Source: Sumerlaeia bacterium (GTDB lineage: Bacteria > Sumerlaeota > Sumerlaeia > SLMS01 > JAHLLQ01). Taken from it: a DNA stretch of 64,000 nt. The stretch lies in contig JAVJSW010000037.1 in assembly GCA_040219255.1 (NCBI GenBank), forward strand, positions 128,001 through 192,000, read 5' to 3'. Positions 1 to 9,217 of the stretch are shown piece by piece. A program made the position numbers and the translations under genes. Under the pieces are notes generated by a model. That model was not told where the DNA came from, did no database searches, and saw nothing but the letters and a program-made list of their open reading frames with translations. Within the stretch, counting starts at the first letter, position 1; each line of letters opens with the position of its first letter.

Positions 1-1
1 C

Positions 2-226
2 AGTTCGAAGGCCGCCTCGGGGCCCGCGATGGGCGTCGAAAGGCTGCACGCCATCGCCCGCGAGAGCCCCCTGCCGCTGGTGGCCCTCGGCGGGATTGAG
101 GCCGCCAACGCCCGCGCCTGCATTGAGGCTGGAGCCTGTGGCGTCGCGGCGATCGGTGCGTATTGGTCCGCCGCCGATCCCGCCGCCGCCGCCCGCGCGA
201 TGGTAGAGGCGGTGCGCCGTGGCTGA
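2..226 (+). CDS. thiE: thiamine phosphate synthase, C-terminal part (truncated by window edge)
   Basis: SK..GP.MG followed by PLVALGGI..AN...IEAGACGVAAIGA, the typical ThiE C-terminus. Confidence 0.75.
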   Translation, partial: SSKAASGPAMGVERLHAIARESPLPLVALGGIEAANARACIEAGACGVAAIGAYWSAADPAAAARAMVEAVRRG

Positions 227-1016
227 CCTACCCGCCGGCACCACGCCGCTTGGACGCCTGACCCGGTCGATGCTGTTCTCCCGCATCCGCGAGTCCCCGC
301 CGGTCTTCGTCTGCCAGGAGCACCGCGCCGTCCTCCTCGCCGCCTGGGCCGCCGAGCGCCAGGGGCTCTTCGGCGAGGGCGCGGCGCCCTTCCTGGTGCG
401 CCTCGACGCCCATCCCGACATGGGCGAGCGCCCGCGACATTGGGCCCACGAGCGCTCCCTCGCGACGACCTTCGAATCGACCTTCGAACTGATCGAGCAG
501 CAACGCCCGGACGACGGCGGCTGGGTCGTCACGGCGATGCAGTGGGGCCTGTGCGCGGGCGTGGCGACGTTCTTCGTGCACGATTACCACCGCATGCCGC
601 TCGACAACGCGCCCTACGACGACCACCTCGGCGCGGCGCATCCGCTGTGGACGTTCGGGTCCTTTCGCGAGGCCCTCGATCGGGGGTTCGCCAGGGGCCG
701 TGGGCGGCGGCTGGCGTGGGAGCTGGGGCTCGATCCGGAGACGGGCGCGTTTGCCGGGCAGGGGCCGCCGCTCTGGGTCGATATCGATTTGGATTTCGCG
801 ACGCACCGCCGGGACGACGGCTCGCCTTTGGCCTGGACGGCGGAGGATTGGGAACGGGAGTTGGGCGGCGCGGTGGGAGCACTGCTGGATGGGCTGCTGC
901 GGCGGGCGCGGCTGGTGACCATCGCCACGGAGCCGGAGTTCTGCGGCGGGATGGCGGGATGCGGCGCGGTGGCGCGGGAGCTGGGGCGGCGGTTTGAGGT
1001 GGTGGGGGCGATTTGA
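219..1016 (+). CDS. UPF0489-like (arginase/deacetylase-fold) protein
   Basis: Motifs EH, LDAHPD, VDIDLDF, TIATEPEFCGG; overlaps thiE stop. Confidence 0.6.
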   Translation: MADLPAGTTPLGRLTRSMLFSRIRESPPVFVCQEHRAVLLAAWAAERQGLFGEGAAPFLVRLDAHPDMGERPRHWAHERSLATTFESTFELIEQQRPDDGGWVVTAMQWGLCAGVATFFVHDYHRMPLDNAPYDDHLGAAHPLWTFGSFREALDRGFARGRGRRLAWELGLDPETGAFAGQGPPLWVDIDLDFATHRRDDGSPLAWTAEDWERELGGAVGALLDGLLRRARLVTIATEPEFCGGMAGCGAVARELGRRFEVVGAI

Positions 1017-1018
1017 TT

Positions 1019-1228
1019 CTAGCAGCAGATGACGCAGATGAAAATAGATGGGGTGGATGGCGGGAGAGGAGGGGCTTCGATCAGAGAAAAGGAAATTTAT
1101 TAAAAAATACTTTTCGAGGCACACCGTTGAACCTCAATTAATTATTATTTAATCATCAGATTCAGCAACCACACTCCACCGCCCGCCACCTCAAATCTGT
1201 GCCTATCCGTGTTCATCCGTGGCTAAAA
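1019..1228. repeat. intergenic element with inverted arrays of short heptamer repeats and AT-rich core
   Basis: Left GCAGAT x2 plus ATAGAT (1025-1049); right ATCTGTG/ATCCGTG/ATCCGTG at 1195, 1205, 1215; between convergent genes. Confidence 0.55.
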
Positions 1229-1621
1229 ATTGGAGTCCCCACCACTGCGTCTCCGCTCCTCGACAGCTTCCGCCAGTTCCTCCACGCTCACCACTCGGAA
1301 TTCGAGGTCTTCCGCCGTGGGGATTTCTTCCGCCGCGGCGCCCGTCAGGTTACGCAGCCGCACGGCGTCGCGCCGCGTGGCCCAGCGGAAACCCTTCTCG
1401 CGCAGCACCTGCAAGTCCCGCGCGCCCCGCCACCACCACAGCCCCGCCATCACCGCCACCGCCAGCAGCACCACCGGCGCCTCGCCGCTGCTCAGGTTCA
1501 GCACGTCGAACACACCGCCGATCATCAGCCCCAGCAGCACGAACGCCACCACGGCGCCCGCCAGCACAACGCCGACGCCGACAAACAGGTTCGGGGGTTT
1601 GGGGTGATCGGGTGGGGGCAT
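1223..1621 (-). CDS. small hypothetical membrane protein (2 TM)
   Basis: ATG at 1621; MPPPDHPKPPNLFVGVGVVLAG..., two hydrophobic segments and charged tail; divergent from flippase. Confidence 0.6.
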   Translation of the reverse strand: MPPPDHPKPPNLFVGVGVVLAGAVVAFVLLGLMIGGVFDVLNLSSGEAPVVLLAVAVMAGLWWWRGARDLQVLREKGFRWATRRDAVRLRNLTGAAAEEIPTAEDLEFRVVSVEELAEAVEERRRSGGDSNF

Positions 1622-1708
1622 CAGTCCGTCGCTTTCCCAGGAATTGCAAATCTCGTCTACGTCTCGCGCCTTGACATCGTACGCCCTCCCGGCGGCTTGC
1701 TCGCAAGC

Positions 1709-3151
1709 ATGAGCCTGTCCGCCTCCGACGCCGTTGTCACGCCCGATCCCGCCGCGAACCTTCGCGCTAAAGCGGTTCGTGGGCTCAAGGCGGCTTCGCT
1801 GGGCCAGGCGGGCAAGACCATTGTGGACATGCTGGCCCAGTTGGCGCTCATCCGCCTTCTGGCGCCCGAGCACTTCGGCGTGTTCGCCTTCGCCCAGGCC
1901 CTCACCGGCTTCATCAGTTGCTTTACCGATGTCGCCGGGACGAAATTCATCGTCCGCGAGGGCGACCGCCTCGACCGGCGCGGTGTCTCCACGGTGTTTT
2001 GGATCGAGCTGGGCCTGGGCCTCGTGGTCGGCGCGGTGTGGCTGGCGGCCTGCATTCCGCTGCTGGCGGCCTTTGGCAAACCCGAACAAGTGCCCTTCGC
2101 CCAGGTCCTCGCGCTCTGGATCATCGCCGAGCGGGTCATTCTGCCCCGTGCGCTGCTCGATCGCGGGCTGCAGTTCGGCAAGACCAACCTCGCGCTCTTC
2201 GTCGGTGTCGTCGTGGGAGCCATCGCCGCCATCACCGCGGCGGCGTTCGGCGCCGGGCCCTGGAGCTTTATCGTCAATCTGCTGGTGCGCACCTTCGTGG
2301 CGGCGGCGGGCATGTGGATCATCACGCGGTGGCATCCTCTCGGGGCCATTGACTGGGGCACGGTGCGGGCGCTCTTTCGCTTTGGCGGGCCGCTGATGCT
2401 GACCACGGCGCTGACCTTTGCCTATACCAACCTCGACTACATCATCGTCGGCCAGGTGGCGGGGTATTCCGCCGTCGGGTTTTACTACGCCGCGTACCGC
2501 TATCCGCACTATCTGCACCAATTCAACATCATCATCGCGTCGGTTCTCTTCCCCAGCTTCGCCCGCGCCAAGGATGACGCCCAGCTCGCGCGCGGTCTGC
2601 GGCTCGTGACGCGATACGCGTCGGTGCTGGCGATGGCGCCGGTGCTGGCGATGTGGACCGAGGGCGAGACCATTCTGCGGCTGCTCCTGGGTGAGAAATG
2701 GCTCCCGGCGCTTTTCCCGTTCCAGTGCTTCACCACCCTGGCGGCGGCGCGGCTCGCCTTTATCCACTGGGGCCAGGTCTATGTCGCCAAAGGCCACACC
2801 CACACCCTGATGTGGGTCAGCGTGATCAACACCCCTCTCATCCTCGGAGCCGCCTGGGCCGGCGTCACCTGGTGGGGCATCGAAGGCGCCGCCCTCGGCG
2901 TGACCCTCGTGGGCGTGGTGACGTTGGCGATTTGCTGCGGGGTCCTGGTGCCGAGGGTCCTGCCCGGCTTCCGCTACGGCGAAGCCCTGCGCCCAGTGCT
3001 CCTGGCGGGGGCGGGGGCGCTGGCGGTGTGGCTGCTGGGCGAGTGGATTTGGGCCGAAGGGTGGCTGGGGTTTGTGGGGGCGGTGGGGGTGTATATCGCG
3101 ATTCTCGTTTTGACTTGCAGAGCGGAATTTGCTTCAGTGATACGAAAGTAG
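1709..3151 (+). CDS. Wzx-type polysaccharide flippase (PST family)
   Basis: ATG 1709; LIRLLAPEHFGVFA, LFRFGGPL, DYIIVGQVAG..AVGFYYAAYR, VLFPSFA, LLLGEKW; many TM helices. Confidence 0.85.
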   Translation: MSLSASDAVVTPDPAANLRAKAVRGLKAASLGQAGKTIVDMLAQLALIRLLAPEHFGVFAFAQALTGFISCFTDVAGTKFIVREGDRLDRRGVSTVFWIELGLGLVVGAVWLAACIPLLAAFGKPEQVPFAQVLALWIIAERVILPRALLDRGLQFGKTNLALFVGVVVGAIAAITAAAFGAGPWSFIVNLLVRTFVAAAGMWIITRWHPLGAIDWGTVRALFRFGGPLMLTTALTFAYTNLDYIIVGQVAGYSAVGFYYAAYRYPHYLHQFNIIIASVLFPSFARAKDDAQLARGLRLVTRYASVLAMAPVLAMWTEGETILRLLLGEKWLPALFPFQCFTTLAAARLAFIHWGQVYVAKGHTHTLMWVSVINTPLILGAAWAGVTWWGIEGAALGVTLVGVVTLAICCGVLVPRVLPGFRYGEALRPVLLAGAGALAVWLLGEWIWAEGWLGFVGAVGVYIAILVLTCRAEFASVIRK

Positions 3152-3184
3152 GCATTCAGAGCGGGTTCTTGAAAGGCGAATAAC

Positions 3185-3700
3185 ATGGTTGGCTTTTGGG
3201 ATGATAGTGGCGTCTGGACCGTAGAAGTTCAGCTGCCAACCTGGAGAGGATTTCAAGGTTTTGAGTGTGGTAGCATGGAATTTCACTTGATGTGGGATGG
3301 CCGTGAAGAAATCCCTCCTCAGCCGTACGAAATTGAGCAGGCCGAATGGATCATCAAGCACGAAAGGGAATTGCATGACGCGTTTGTGAACTATATGTTC
3401 AAAGAGTATCCGGCCATTCGACACGATGTGCAGGAAACAACCGACATCAGTCAGGAGGAAATGGATCGAGTTTTGCCTCTAATTGATAGCATTACTGAAC
3501 TTAAAGCTCTTATATTGCCGTGTCATTTTACCATTTGTGCCATTGAGGGCGAGAGCGTTCCCATGATTGGAATTGGCGGCGACTGCACTTGGGAGATGGA
3601 GCATGGATTTGGAGTCATCATGAAAGGCTTAGAGCCACTAAAATATGGGCACGAGGATATTTCGTTTACTTGGTATGATTTTGAAGATTTCATGAAGTAG
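3185..3700 (+). CDS. acidic low-GC hypothetical protein (DUF6985-like)
   Basis: C-terminal CTWEMEHGFGVIMKG motif; AT-rich versus flanks. Confidence 0.65.
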   Translation: MVGFWDDSGVWTVEVQLPTWRGFQGFECGSMEFHLMWDGREEIPPQPYEIEQAEWIIKHERELHDAFVNYMFKEYPAIRHDVQETTDISQEEMDRVLPLIDSITELKALILPCHFTICAIEGESVPMIGIGGDCTWEMEHGFGVIMKGLEPLKYGHEDISFTWYDFEDFMK

Positions 3701-3750
3701 AGAGGGGGTCCTGCGATTTCAATGACAACAGTGCACCCGTACTTTATCTC

Positions 3751-3805
3751 CACGGATAAGGTCTCAGATATTATCCAATCCCCATCCGTGTAAATCCGTG
3801 GCCAA
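3751..3805. repeat. second copy of CACGGAT/ATCCGTG repeat element
   Basis: CACGGAT 3751; ATCCGTG-TAA-ATCCGTGGC 3784-3802, matching ATCCGTG-TTC-ATCCGTGGC at 1205-1223. Confidence 0.6.
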
Positions 3806-3809
3806 CACC

Positions 3810-5654
3810 TCACTCCACCGTCACACTTTTCGCCAGATTCCGCGGCTTATCCACCTCCAGGCCCTTCATATCCGCGACGTAGTACGCCAGAAGTTGCAGC
3901 GGCACCACCGTCAGCAGAGGCATCACCGGCGCCATCACTTGCGGCACGGTGATGACGTGGTCGGCGATGGTGTCGAGTTCCGTGTTGCCTTCCGTGGTGA
4001 CGGCGATCACGTGGCCTTTGCGGGCTTTGATCTGTTGGATGTTGTTCATCACCTTGTCATAGATGCGGTCGCGGGGGGCGATCACGACGACGGGCATTTC
4101 TTCGTCGATGAGGGCGATGGGGCCGTGTTTCATTTCCGCGGCGGGGTAGCCCTCGGCGTGGATATAGCTGATTTCCTTCATCTTGAGGGCGCCTTCGAGC
4201 GCTACCGGGAAGTTGAACCCGCGCCCCAGGTACAGGAAGTTGCGCGTGGATCGCGCCACCACATCGCGCGCGATGGTCTGGATTTGTTCGAGGCGCTCTT
4301 TCGCCAGCATCTGGTCGATCAGGCGGGGCACGGCCTGCATGGCGTCGATCAGGTCCTCGGCCATGAAGCTCGACATGTCGCGGGCGCGACCGATGTGGAT
4401 CGTCAGCAGCATCAGCGCCACCACCTGGGCCGTGAAGGCCTTGGTGCTGGCGACGCCGATTTCGATGCCGGCGTGGGTGTAGAGGCCGCTGTGGACTTCG
4501 CGGGCGATGGTGGAATTGACCACGTTACAGATGCCGAAGGTCCGGGCGCCCTTGCGCTTCAGCTCACGCAGCGCCGCGAGCGTGTCCGCCGTCTCGCCCG
4601 ACTGGCTGATGAAAATCGCCAAGTCGTCGCCGGGGCGCACGATGGGGTTGCGATAGCGCAGTTCGCTCGCGTACTCGACCTCGACGGGGATGCGCAGCAG
4701 GTCCTCAATGATGTACTTGCCGATCAGGCTGGCGTGCCAGGATGTGCCGCAGGCCACGATGATGATGCGCTTGAGGCTGCGCATTTCGTCGACGGTCAGG
4801 CGAGCGCCGCCCAGGTGGACGTCGTTGCCTTCCGGCCGGATGCGGCCGCGCATGGTCATGCTCAGCGCCTGGGGCTGGTCGAAGATTTCCTTGAGCATAT
4901 AGTGCGGGAAATCGCCCAGTTCGATGCTCTCCAGCTTTTGATCGAGCGCCTCGACTTTGGGCGAAATCGGCGTCTTGTCCAGCGTGTACACGCGGTAACC
5001 ATCGCGGCGGGCGCAGACCACCTCGCCGTCGTTCATGTACATGACCTGATTGGTGCGGCCGATGATGGCGGGGGTGTCGCTGGCGAAGACGGTGAAGCCA
5101 TCGCCGATGCCCATGACGAGCGGCGATCCCATGCGCGCGGCGACGATGGTGTCGGGTTCGCGGCTGCTGACGACGAGAATGCCGAAGGTGCCGCGTAACT
5201 CTTTGGCGGCCAGACGAACGGCCTCCGTCAGGTCGTCCTCGTAAAGCTTCGAAATCAGGTGGGCGATGACTTCCGTGTCGGTTTCGCTGCGGAACTCGAC
5301 GCCCTCGCTCTCCAGAACGGCGCGCAAGATCTCGTAATTCTCGACGATGCCGTTGTGGATCACGGCGATTTCGTTGCTGCCGTCCAGGTGGGGGTGGGCG
5401 TTCTTCACCGTGACTCCGCCATTGGTGGCCCAGCGCGTGTGGGCGATGCCGACGGAGCCCCGGCGTGGCATGGATTCGCAGGATTCGACCTCCAGGTTAT
5501 GGACTTCGCCGACGGCTTTGCAGCTGCTCAGTTGGTGATCGTGCACGATGGCCATGCCGGCGCTGTCGTAGCCCCGGTATTCGAGCCGCTTAAGCCCAGA
5601 GATGAGAAAGTTCCAGGTATCTTCGATGCCGATGCATCCCACAATTCCGCACAT
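3810..5654 (-). CDS. glmS: glutamine--fructose-6-phosphate aminotransferase (isomerizing)
   Basis: MCGIVG N-terminus, EYRGYDSAG, HTRWAT, SQSGETADT, PRNLAKSVTVE C-terminus. Confidence 0.98.
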   Translation of the reverse strand: MCGIVGCIGIEDTWNFLISGLKRLEYRGYDSAGMAIVHDHQLSSCKAVGEVHNLEVESCESMPRRGSVGIAHTRWATNGGVTVKNAHPHLDGSNEIAVIHNGIVENYEILRAVLESEGVEFRSETDTEVIAHLISKLYEDDLTEAVRLAAKELRGTFGILVVSSREPDTIVAARMGSPLVMGIGDGFTVFASDTPAIIGRTNQVMYMNDGEVVCARRDGYRVYTLDKTPISPKVEALDQKLESIELGDFPHYMLKEIFDQPQALSMTMRGRIRPEGNDVHLGGARLTVDEMRSLKRIIIVACGTSWHASLIGKYIIEDLLRIPVEVEYASELRYRNPIVRPGDDLAIFISQSGETADTLAALRELKRKGARTFGICNVVNSTIAREVHSGLYTHAGIEIGVASTKAFTAQVVALMLLTIHIGRARDMSSFMAEDLIDAMQAVPRLIDQMLAKERLEQIQTIARDVVARSTRNFLYLGRGFNFPVALEGALKMKEISYIHAEGYPAAEMKHGPIALIDEEMPVVVIAPRDRIYDKVMNNIQQIKARKGHVIAVTTEGNTELDTIADHVITVPQVMAPVMPLLTVVPLQLLAYYVADMKGLEVDKPRNLAKSVTVE

Positions 5655-5750
5655 ATTCCGCCACGTCCTCTTGCGATAGCTGGCGGTCCGAAGACCGCCG
5701 CGTTTCCACGTTGGCGGTAAGTGGAACCCGGACGGGGCCGCATTGGCAAG
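5655..5750 (-). promoter_or_regulatory. candidate structured glmS 5' leader
   Basis: Minus strand: CUUGC/GCAAG closing stem, UUCCAC/GUGGAA hairpin, GGCGGUC-UUCG-GACCGCC hairpin. Confidence 0.4.
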
Positions 5751-5872
5751 ATGATCGAAAAAGTGAGAATGGTTGCGGTCCGGCGGGGGAGAGGAAGCGC
5801 TTGATTGAAATCGGTTGCGTCACGATGGATTTTTGAGGTCGTCTATTTAGCATTTCATCAAAGGAAAATACC

Positions 5873-8290
5873 ATGGTTTTTTCGCCCTCTCTCACGTTGA
5901 CTTGCCTGTTTATGACCGGATTGCTCTTTGCACAATCCATCAGTCTTCCGGGAGAAGATCAGGATCGAGATGGAGAAATGGACCCCGGAGAATCCAATCC
6001 AGCGGCGGCGGATTCTCGCCCTGCTGTAAATGCAACGGATAGTGACGGGGATGGTTTGCCAGACTACTATGAAGTCAGCTTTTCCATGAATGATGAATAC
6101 CTCTACGGACTCGATCCTTATGATAAGGACACGGACGACGACGGCATCTCCGATTTCGACGAACTGGCATCCAGTAGGTACTATCGTGCGGGTCGTGAAG
6201 ACCCGAGTGACCTCGCCCTGACAGCCCACAATTACTGGCGTACGTACATACAACTTGACCCGCTCGATCCCGATTCGGATGACGATGGCGTTCCCGATGG
6301 AACGGAAATTGGAGTGGTCAGTCCTATACCCGATGGGCCGGAAATCGTAACGCCAGAGGGTGAAGTGATCACAATCAAGGGAACAGACACCACCGCCCGC
6401 TATGTGTTCAGTTTTCAACTGCGGAATCTTCCGAGCTATGAGGGTGATGAACCGGACCGTTTCATAAACCAAAAGCGATTTAACTTTCGTGCGGATGCCG
6501 ATCCCGGCTATGGGGAAGGGCATTATTTCACAAACCCGGGCAAGTATGACAGTAATCATGACGGTTTTTACGATGGCTTAGAGGACTACAACCAACTGCC
6601 TCTCGAGGATCTCGCTAAGCTTGAAGACGAAAACTACTACAATGCCCCGACCAATTACAATGGTGCCTATGATGTCAGCGATCAGAATGGCGAGATCCTT
6701 GAAACCGACCCTATGATGGGGCTTCACGAGGTGGACTGGAGTTGGGAGACAAATACTAAGTTGACTCCTGGAGGCGGGTTTTTCGTCGGGCATCCACAGG
6801 ATGACAATCTTGGACCAGACGCAGAGGTCGTCGTTCAATTTTACTATCTTGGCGGCCCCAGTTTTTCCGGTGACATCAAGTTGTCAATTGAAGACAGGTT
6901 TGCGAGAGTCGAGCCTTCCATACTGGAAGATGTTTCTATGGGAAAGAGGTTTCTTATTACGATTTCCCAGAAGAGAAAGATATTTAAGCCGGGAGAGGAG
7001 CATGAGCCCTCCGCACCACTGAAATTTGATTACATTCCCGATTCGCAGGCACAGAGCATGATGATGCTCGACAAGACCCTTTTTCCAAGAGAGCAATATC
7101 CTCCAGAGAAGGTAAGAGAGGAACTCCCAGCGGTCAAAATTTGTATCAGTTCGGTGTTCAAGGTTGTTGGCCGCAGCGGTGTTGGCCGGCAACCGTTGAT
7201 TTTTGATGCTCCAACCGCAAGCCGGTACATCAATCGTTTTCTGTATGGGGAATCTTTGGAGGTGGGCAGCGGCTCTGTTTTCAACATCGAAGGCGAGGAT
7301 CAGCTTAGAACCTCAGGCTTTACCGTGAATGAGATTTTGAGTGAATGTTTCATTGAGATAGATAACTCATGTGTGGTTTCAGGCTTGCCGGGAGAAGCCT
7401 CAATCGCGCCACGGAGGTCCGAGAGAATCGAAGATTTGCTGGAAGTGCGGGTACCAGAGAGCGTTCCGTCGCTCGCCAGACACTCTCAATCCATCCAAGT
7501 TCTTCGACGAAAGCTAGCAATTTATTTTTCGGAAAGATTTCAGCAAAGAGGTCCTGTGCTATTGGCGATGGGCTTTGTAACAGATTATGATGTTGAAGAT
7601 TCATCGGGTCTCTTGCATTATTTGGGAAAGTCCATTGATTGCTGGCAATGCGTTCCGCCAGGCCCAGTTTACTCGCCAGACGAGATCCTTGGCTTTGGCA
7701 CAAATTTAAACTCAGTGAGATTTTCTGATTCAGGGCTACAGAATTCCGGAATGCCAGCCCCAACTGCGTTTGTGATCAATGACAGCGCCTTGGGTGAGAA
7801 GAGCGACATGTCTAAATACCGAAGAATACTGAATGATCTCTACAAGGAGACTGGAGTACCCTTCGACGAGTTGACAGGACCTGAAAGGAGATTGATTAGC
7901 GCTCGGGCCCTCGAAAAATACAAAGAAGAAGATGGTCAATTTCAGCTTGTAGGCCGAGACGATAGTGATGTAATCCGCGGTGCAATCCGCACAATAGCCC
8001 ATGAAATCATACACTGTTTGCGAGTTACTTGTGAAGTGCCATACACTGGCGGTGGTATAGTTACATCAGAAACACATTCAAATTCTTTGGACAATCTCAT
8101 GTTTCCATTCGGAGACAAGGGTGACATCGAATTGACTCCCAGCGAGCGGTTGCAGGCGAATCTGTTTGCCCGAAGAGTGATGGAGAGCAACCGAGGATTC
8201 TATAGTCAGGATAATCAGTTTATCTTCTACAACGATAACCACCAAGAAGTGCAAATTTGGGTACATGACGCTTCGAAAGGGGAAGATTGA
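5873..8290 (+). CDS. secreted protein with DxDxDG Ca-binding repeats and C-terminal zinc-metallopeptidase-like domain
   Basis: Signal peptide; DSDGDG, DTDDDG, DSDDDG, DSNHDG repeats; TIAHEIIHCL...H..DNLM; lower GC than flanks. Confidence 0.7.
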   Translation: MVFSPSLTLTCLFMTGLLFAQSISLPGEDQDRDGEMDPGESNPAAADSRPAVNATDSDGDGLPDYYEVSFSMNDEYLYGLDPYDKDTDDDGISDFDELASSRYYRAGREDPSDLALTAHNYWRTYIQLDPLDPDSDDDGVPDGTEIGVVSPIPDGPEIVTPEGEVITIKGTDTTARYVFSFQLRNLPSYEGDEPDRFINQKRFNFRADADPGYGEGHYFTNPGKYDSNHDGFYDGLEDYNQLPLEDLAKLEDENYYNAPTNYNGAYDVSDQNGEILETDPMMGLHEVDWSWETNTKLTPGGGFFVGHPQDDNLGPDAEVVVQFYYLGGPSFSGDIKLSIEDRFARVEPSILEDVSMGKRFLITISQKRKIFKPGEEHEPSAPLKFDYIPDSQAQSMMMLDKTLFPREQYPPEKVREELPAVKICISSVFKVVGRSGVGRQPLIFDAPTASRYINRFLYGESLEVGSGSVFNIEGEDQLRTSGFTVNEILSECFIEIDNSCVVSGLPGEASIAPRRSERIEDLLEVRVPESVPSLARHSQSIQVLRRKLAIYFSERFQQRGPVLLAMGFVTDYDVEDSSGLLHYLGKSIDCWQCVPPGPVYSPDEILGFGTNLNSVRFSDSGLQNSGMPAPTAFVINDSALGEKSDMSKYRRILNDLYKETGVPFDELTGPERRLISARALEKYKEEDGQFQLVGRDDSDVIRGAIRTIAHEIIHCLRVTCEVPYTGGGIVTSETHSNSLDNLMFPFGDKGDIELTPSERLQANLFARRVMESNRGFYSQDNQFIFYNDNHQEVQIWVHDASKGED

Positions 8291-8299
8291 AGCTGAATC

Positions 8300-9124
8300 T
8301 TACTGCAAGAACACCCCCGGCTGGAACAGCGCCAGATACCCATGAAAAGGCACCGCCACGATCAGCGCCGCGTCGATGCGGTCGAGGGCGCCGCCGTGGG
8401 CGCCGAGGGCTCGGCCGCTGTCTTTGACGCCGGCGTCACGTTTGAGGAAGGACTCGGACAGGTCACCGAGTTGGGCGAGGCCGCTGAACAGAATCGCCAC
8501 CGCGGCGAGCTCCAGCGCACCCGTGCCGTGGAACAGCTCCGGCAGGCAAATCATGAAAATCAGCGGTGGCAATAAAGCTCCAGACAGCCCCCCGATGCTG
8601 CCTTCCCAGGTCTTGCCGGGGCTCAGCGTCGGGAAAATCTTGTTCTTGCCGAACTTCTTGCCGAAGATCATCGCCGCCGAATCGGTGCAGAAGATGATCG
8701 TCAGCATCATCAGGAGCCACATGCGGGCCTCGAAACCGGCTGTGAAGAGAAACGCCAGCGATGCCAGTGGCAGCCCGACGTAAATGGCGGCGCCGAGGGT
8801 GGAGGCCACGTCGCGCCAGGCGCCCTCGATGCCGCCCACCTTCATTCGCGCCACGAACGCCGCCGGGGTCACGACGCCCAGGAACAGCGGCACCAGATCG
8901 TAGCGCCCGAAAAAGCCCAGAAGCAGCAGGATCACGACGCTGACCGAGGCGATGCGCCGCAGTACCCGCGAGCCGCGCTGCTTGGCCATGCCGCTCAATT
9001 CATTGACGGAAATCATCCCCAGGAGGCCGATCAAGACGACGGGAAGGAACCGCATCGGCGCCCAGAAAAAGCCCAACGCCAGAATGGCAAGGAGCGGAAT
9101 GGCGATCGCGATGCGGTTTTTCAT
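8300..9124 (-). CDS. cdsA: phosphatidate cytidylyltransferase
   Basis: LSPGKTWEGSIGG, GDLSESFLKRDAGVKDSG..LGAHGGALDRID. Confidence 0.93.
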   Translation of the reverse strand: MKNRIAIAIPLLAILALGFFWAPMRFLPVVLIGLLGMISVNELSGMAKQRGSRVLRRIASVSVVILLLLGFFGRYDLVPLFLGVVTPAAFVARMKVGGIEGAWRDVASTLGAAIYVGLPLASLAFLFTAGFEARMWLLMMLTIIFCTDSAAMIFGKKFGKNKIFPTLSPGKTWEGSIGGLSGALLPPLIFMICLPELFHGTGALELAAVAILFSGLAQLGDLSESFLKRDAGVKDSGRALGAHGGALDRIDAALIVAVPFHGYLALFQPGVFLQ

Positions 9125-9217
9125 GGTCAGGGGAGGCTTTCGTGCAGGTTTGACATTGGAGCGAGCAACGAGCGTTCCCAACCTGCCCCGCCGGGGGCAA
9201 TTGGAAGGCGGAGGGCG

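Noticed and set aside
1195-1223. CRISPR-like repeats
   Set aside because: Units are 7 bp with 3-bp spacers and no cas genes are present
3798-5198. 466-aa plus-strand ORF
   Set aside because: Antisense shadow of glmS
5655-5870. Canonical glmS ribozyme
   Set aside because: Conserved catalytic core sequences not found; reported instead as a different candidate structure
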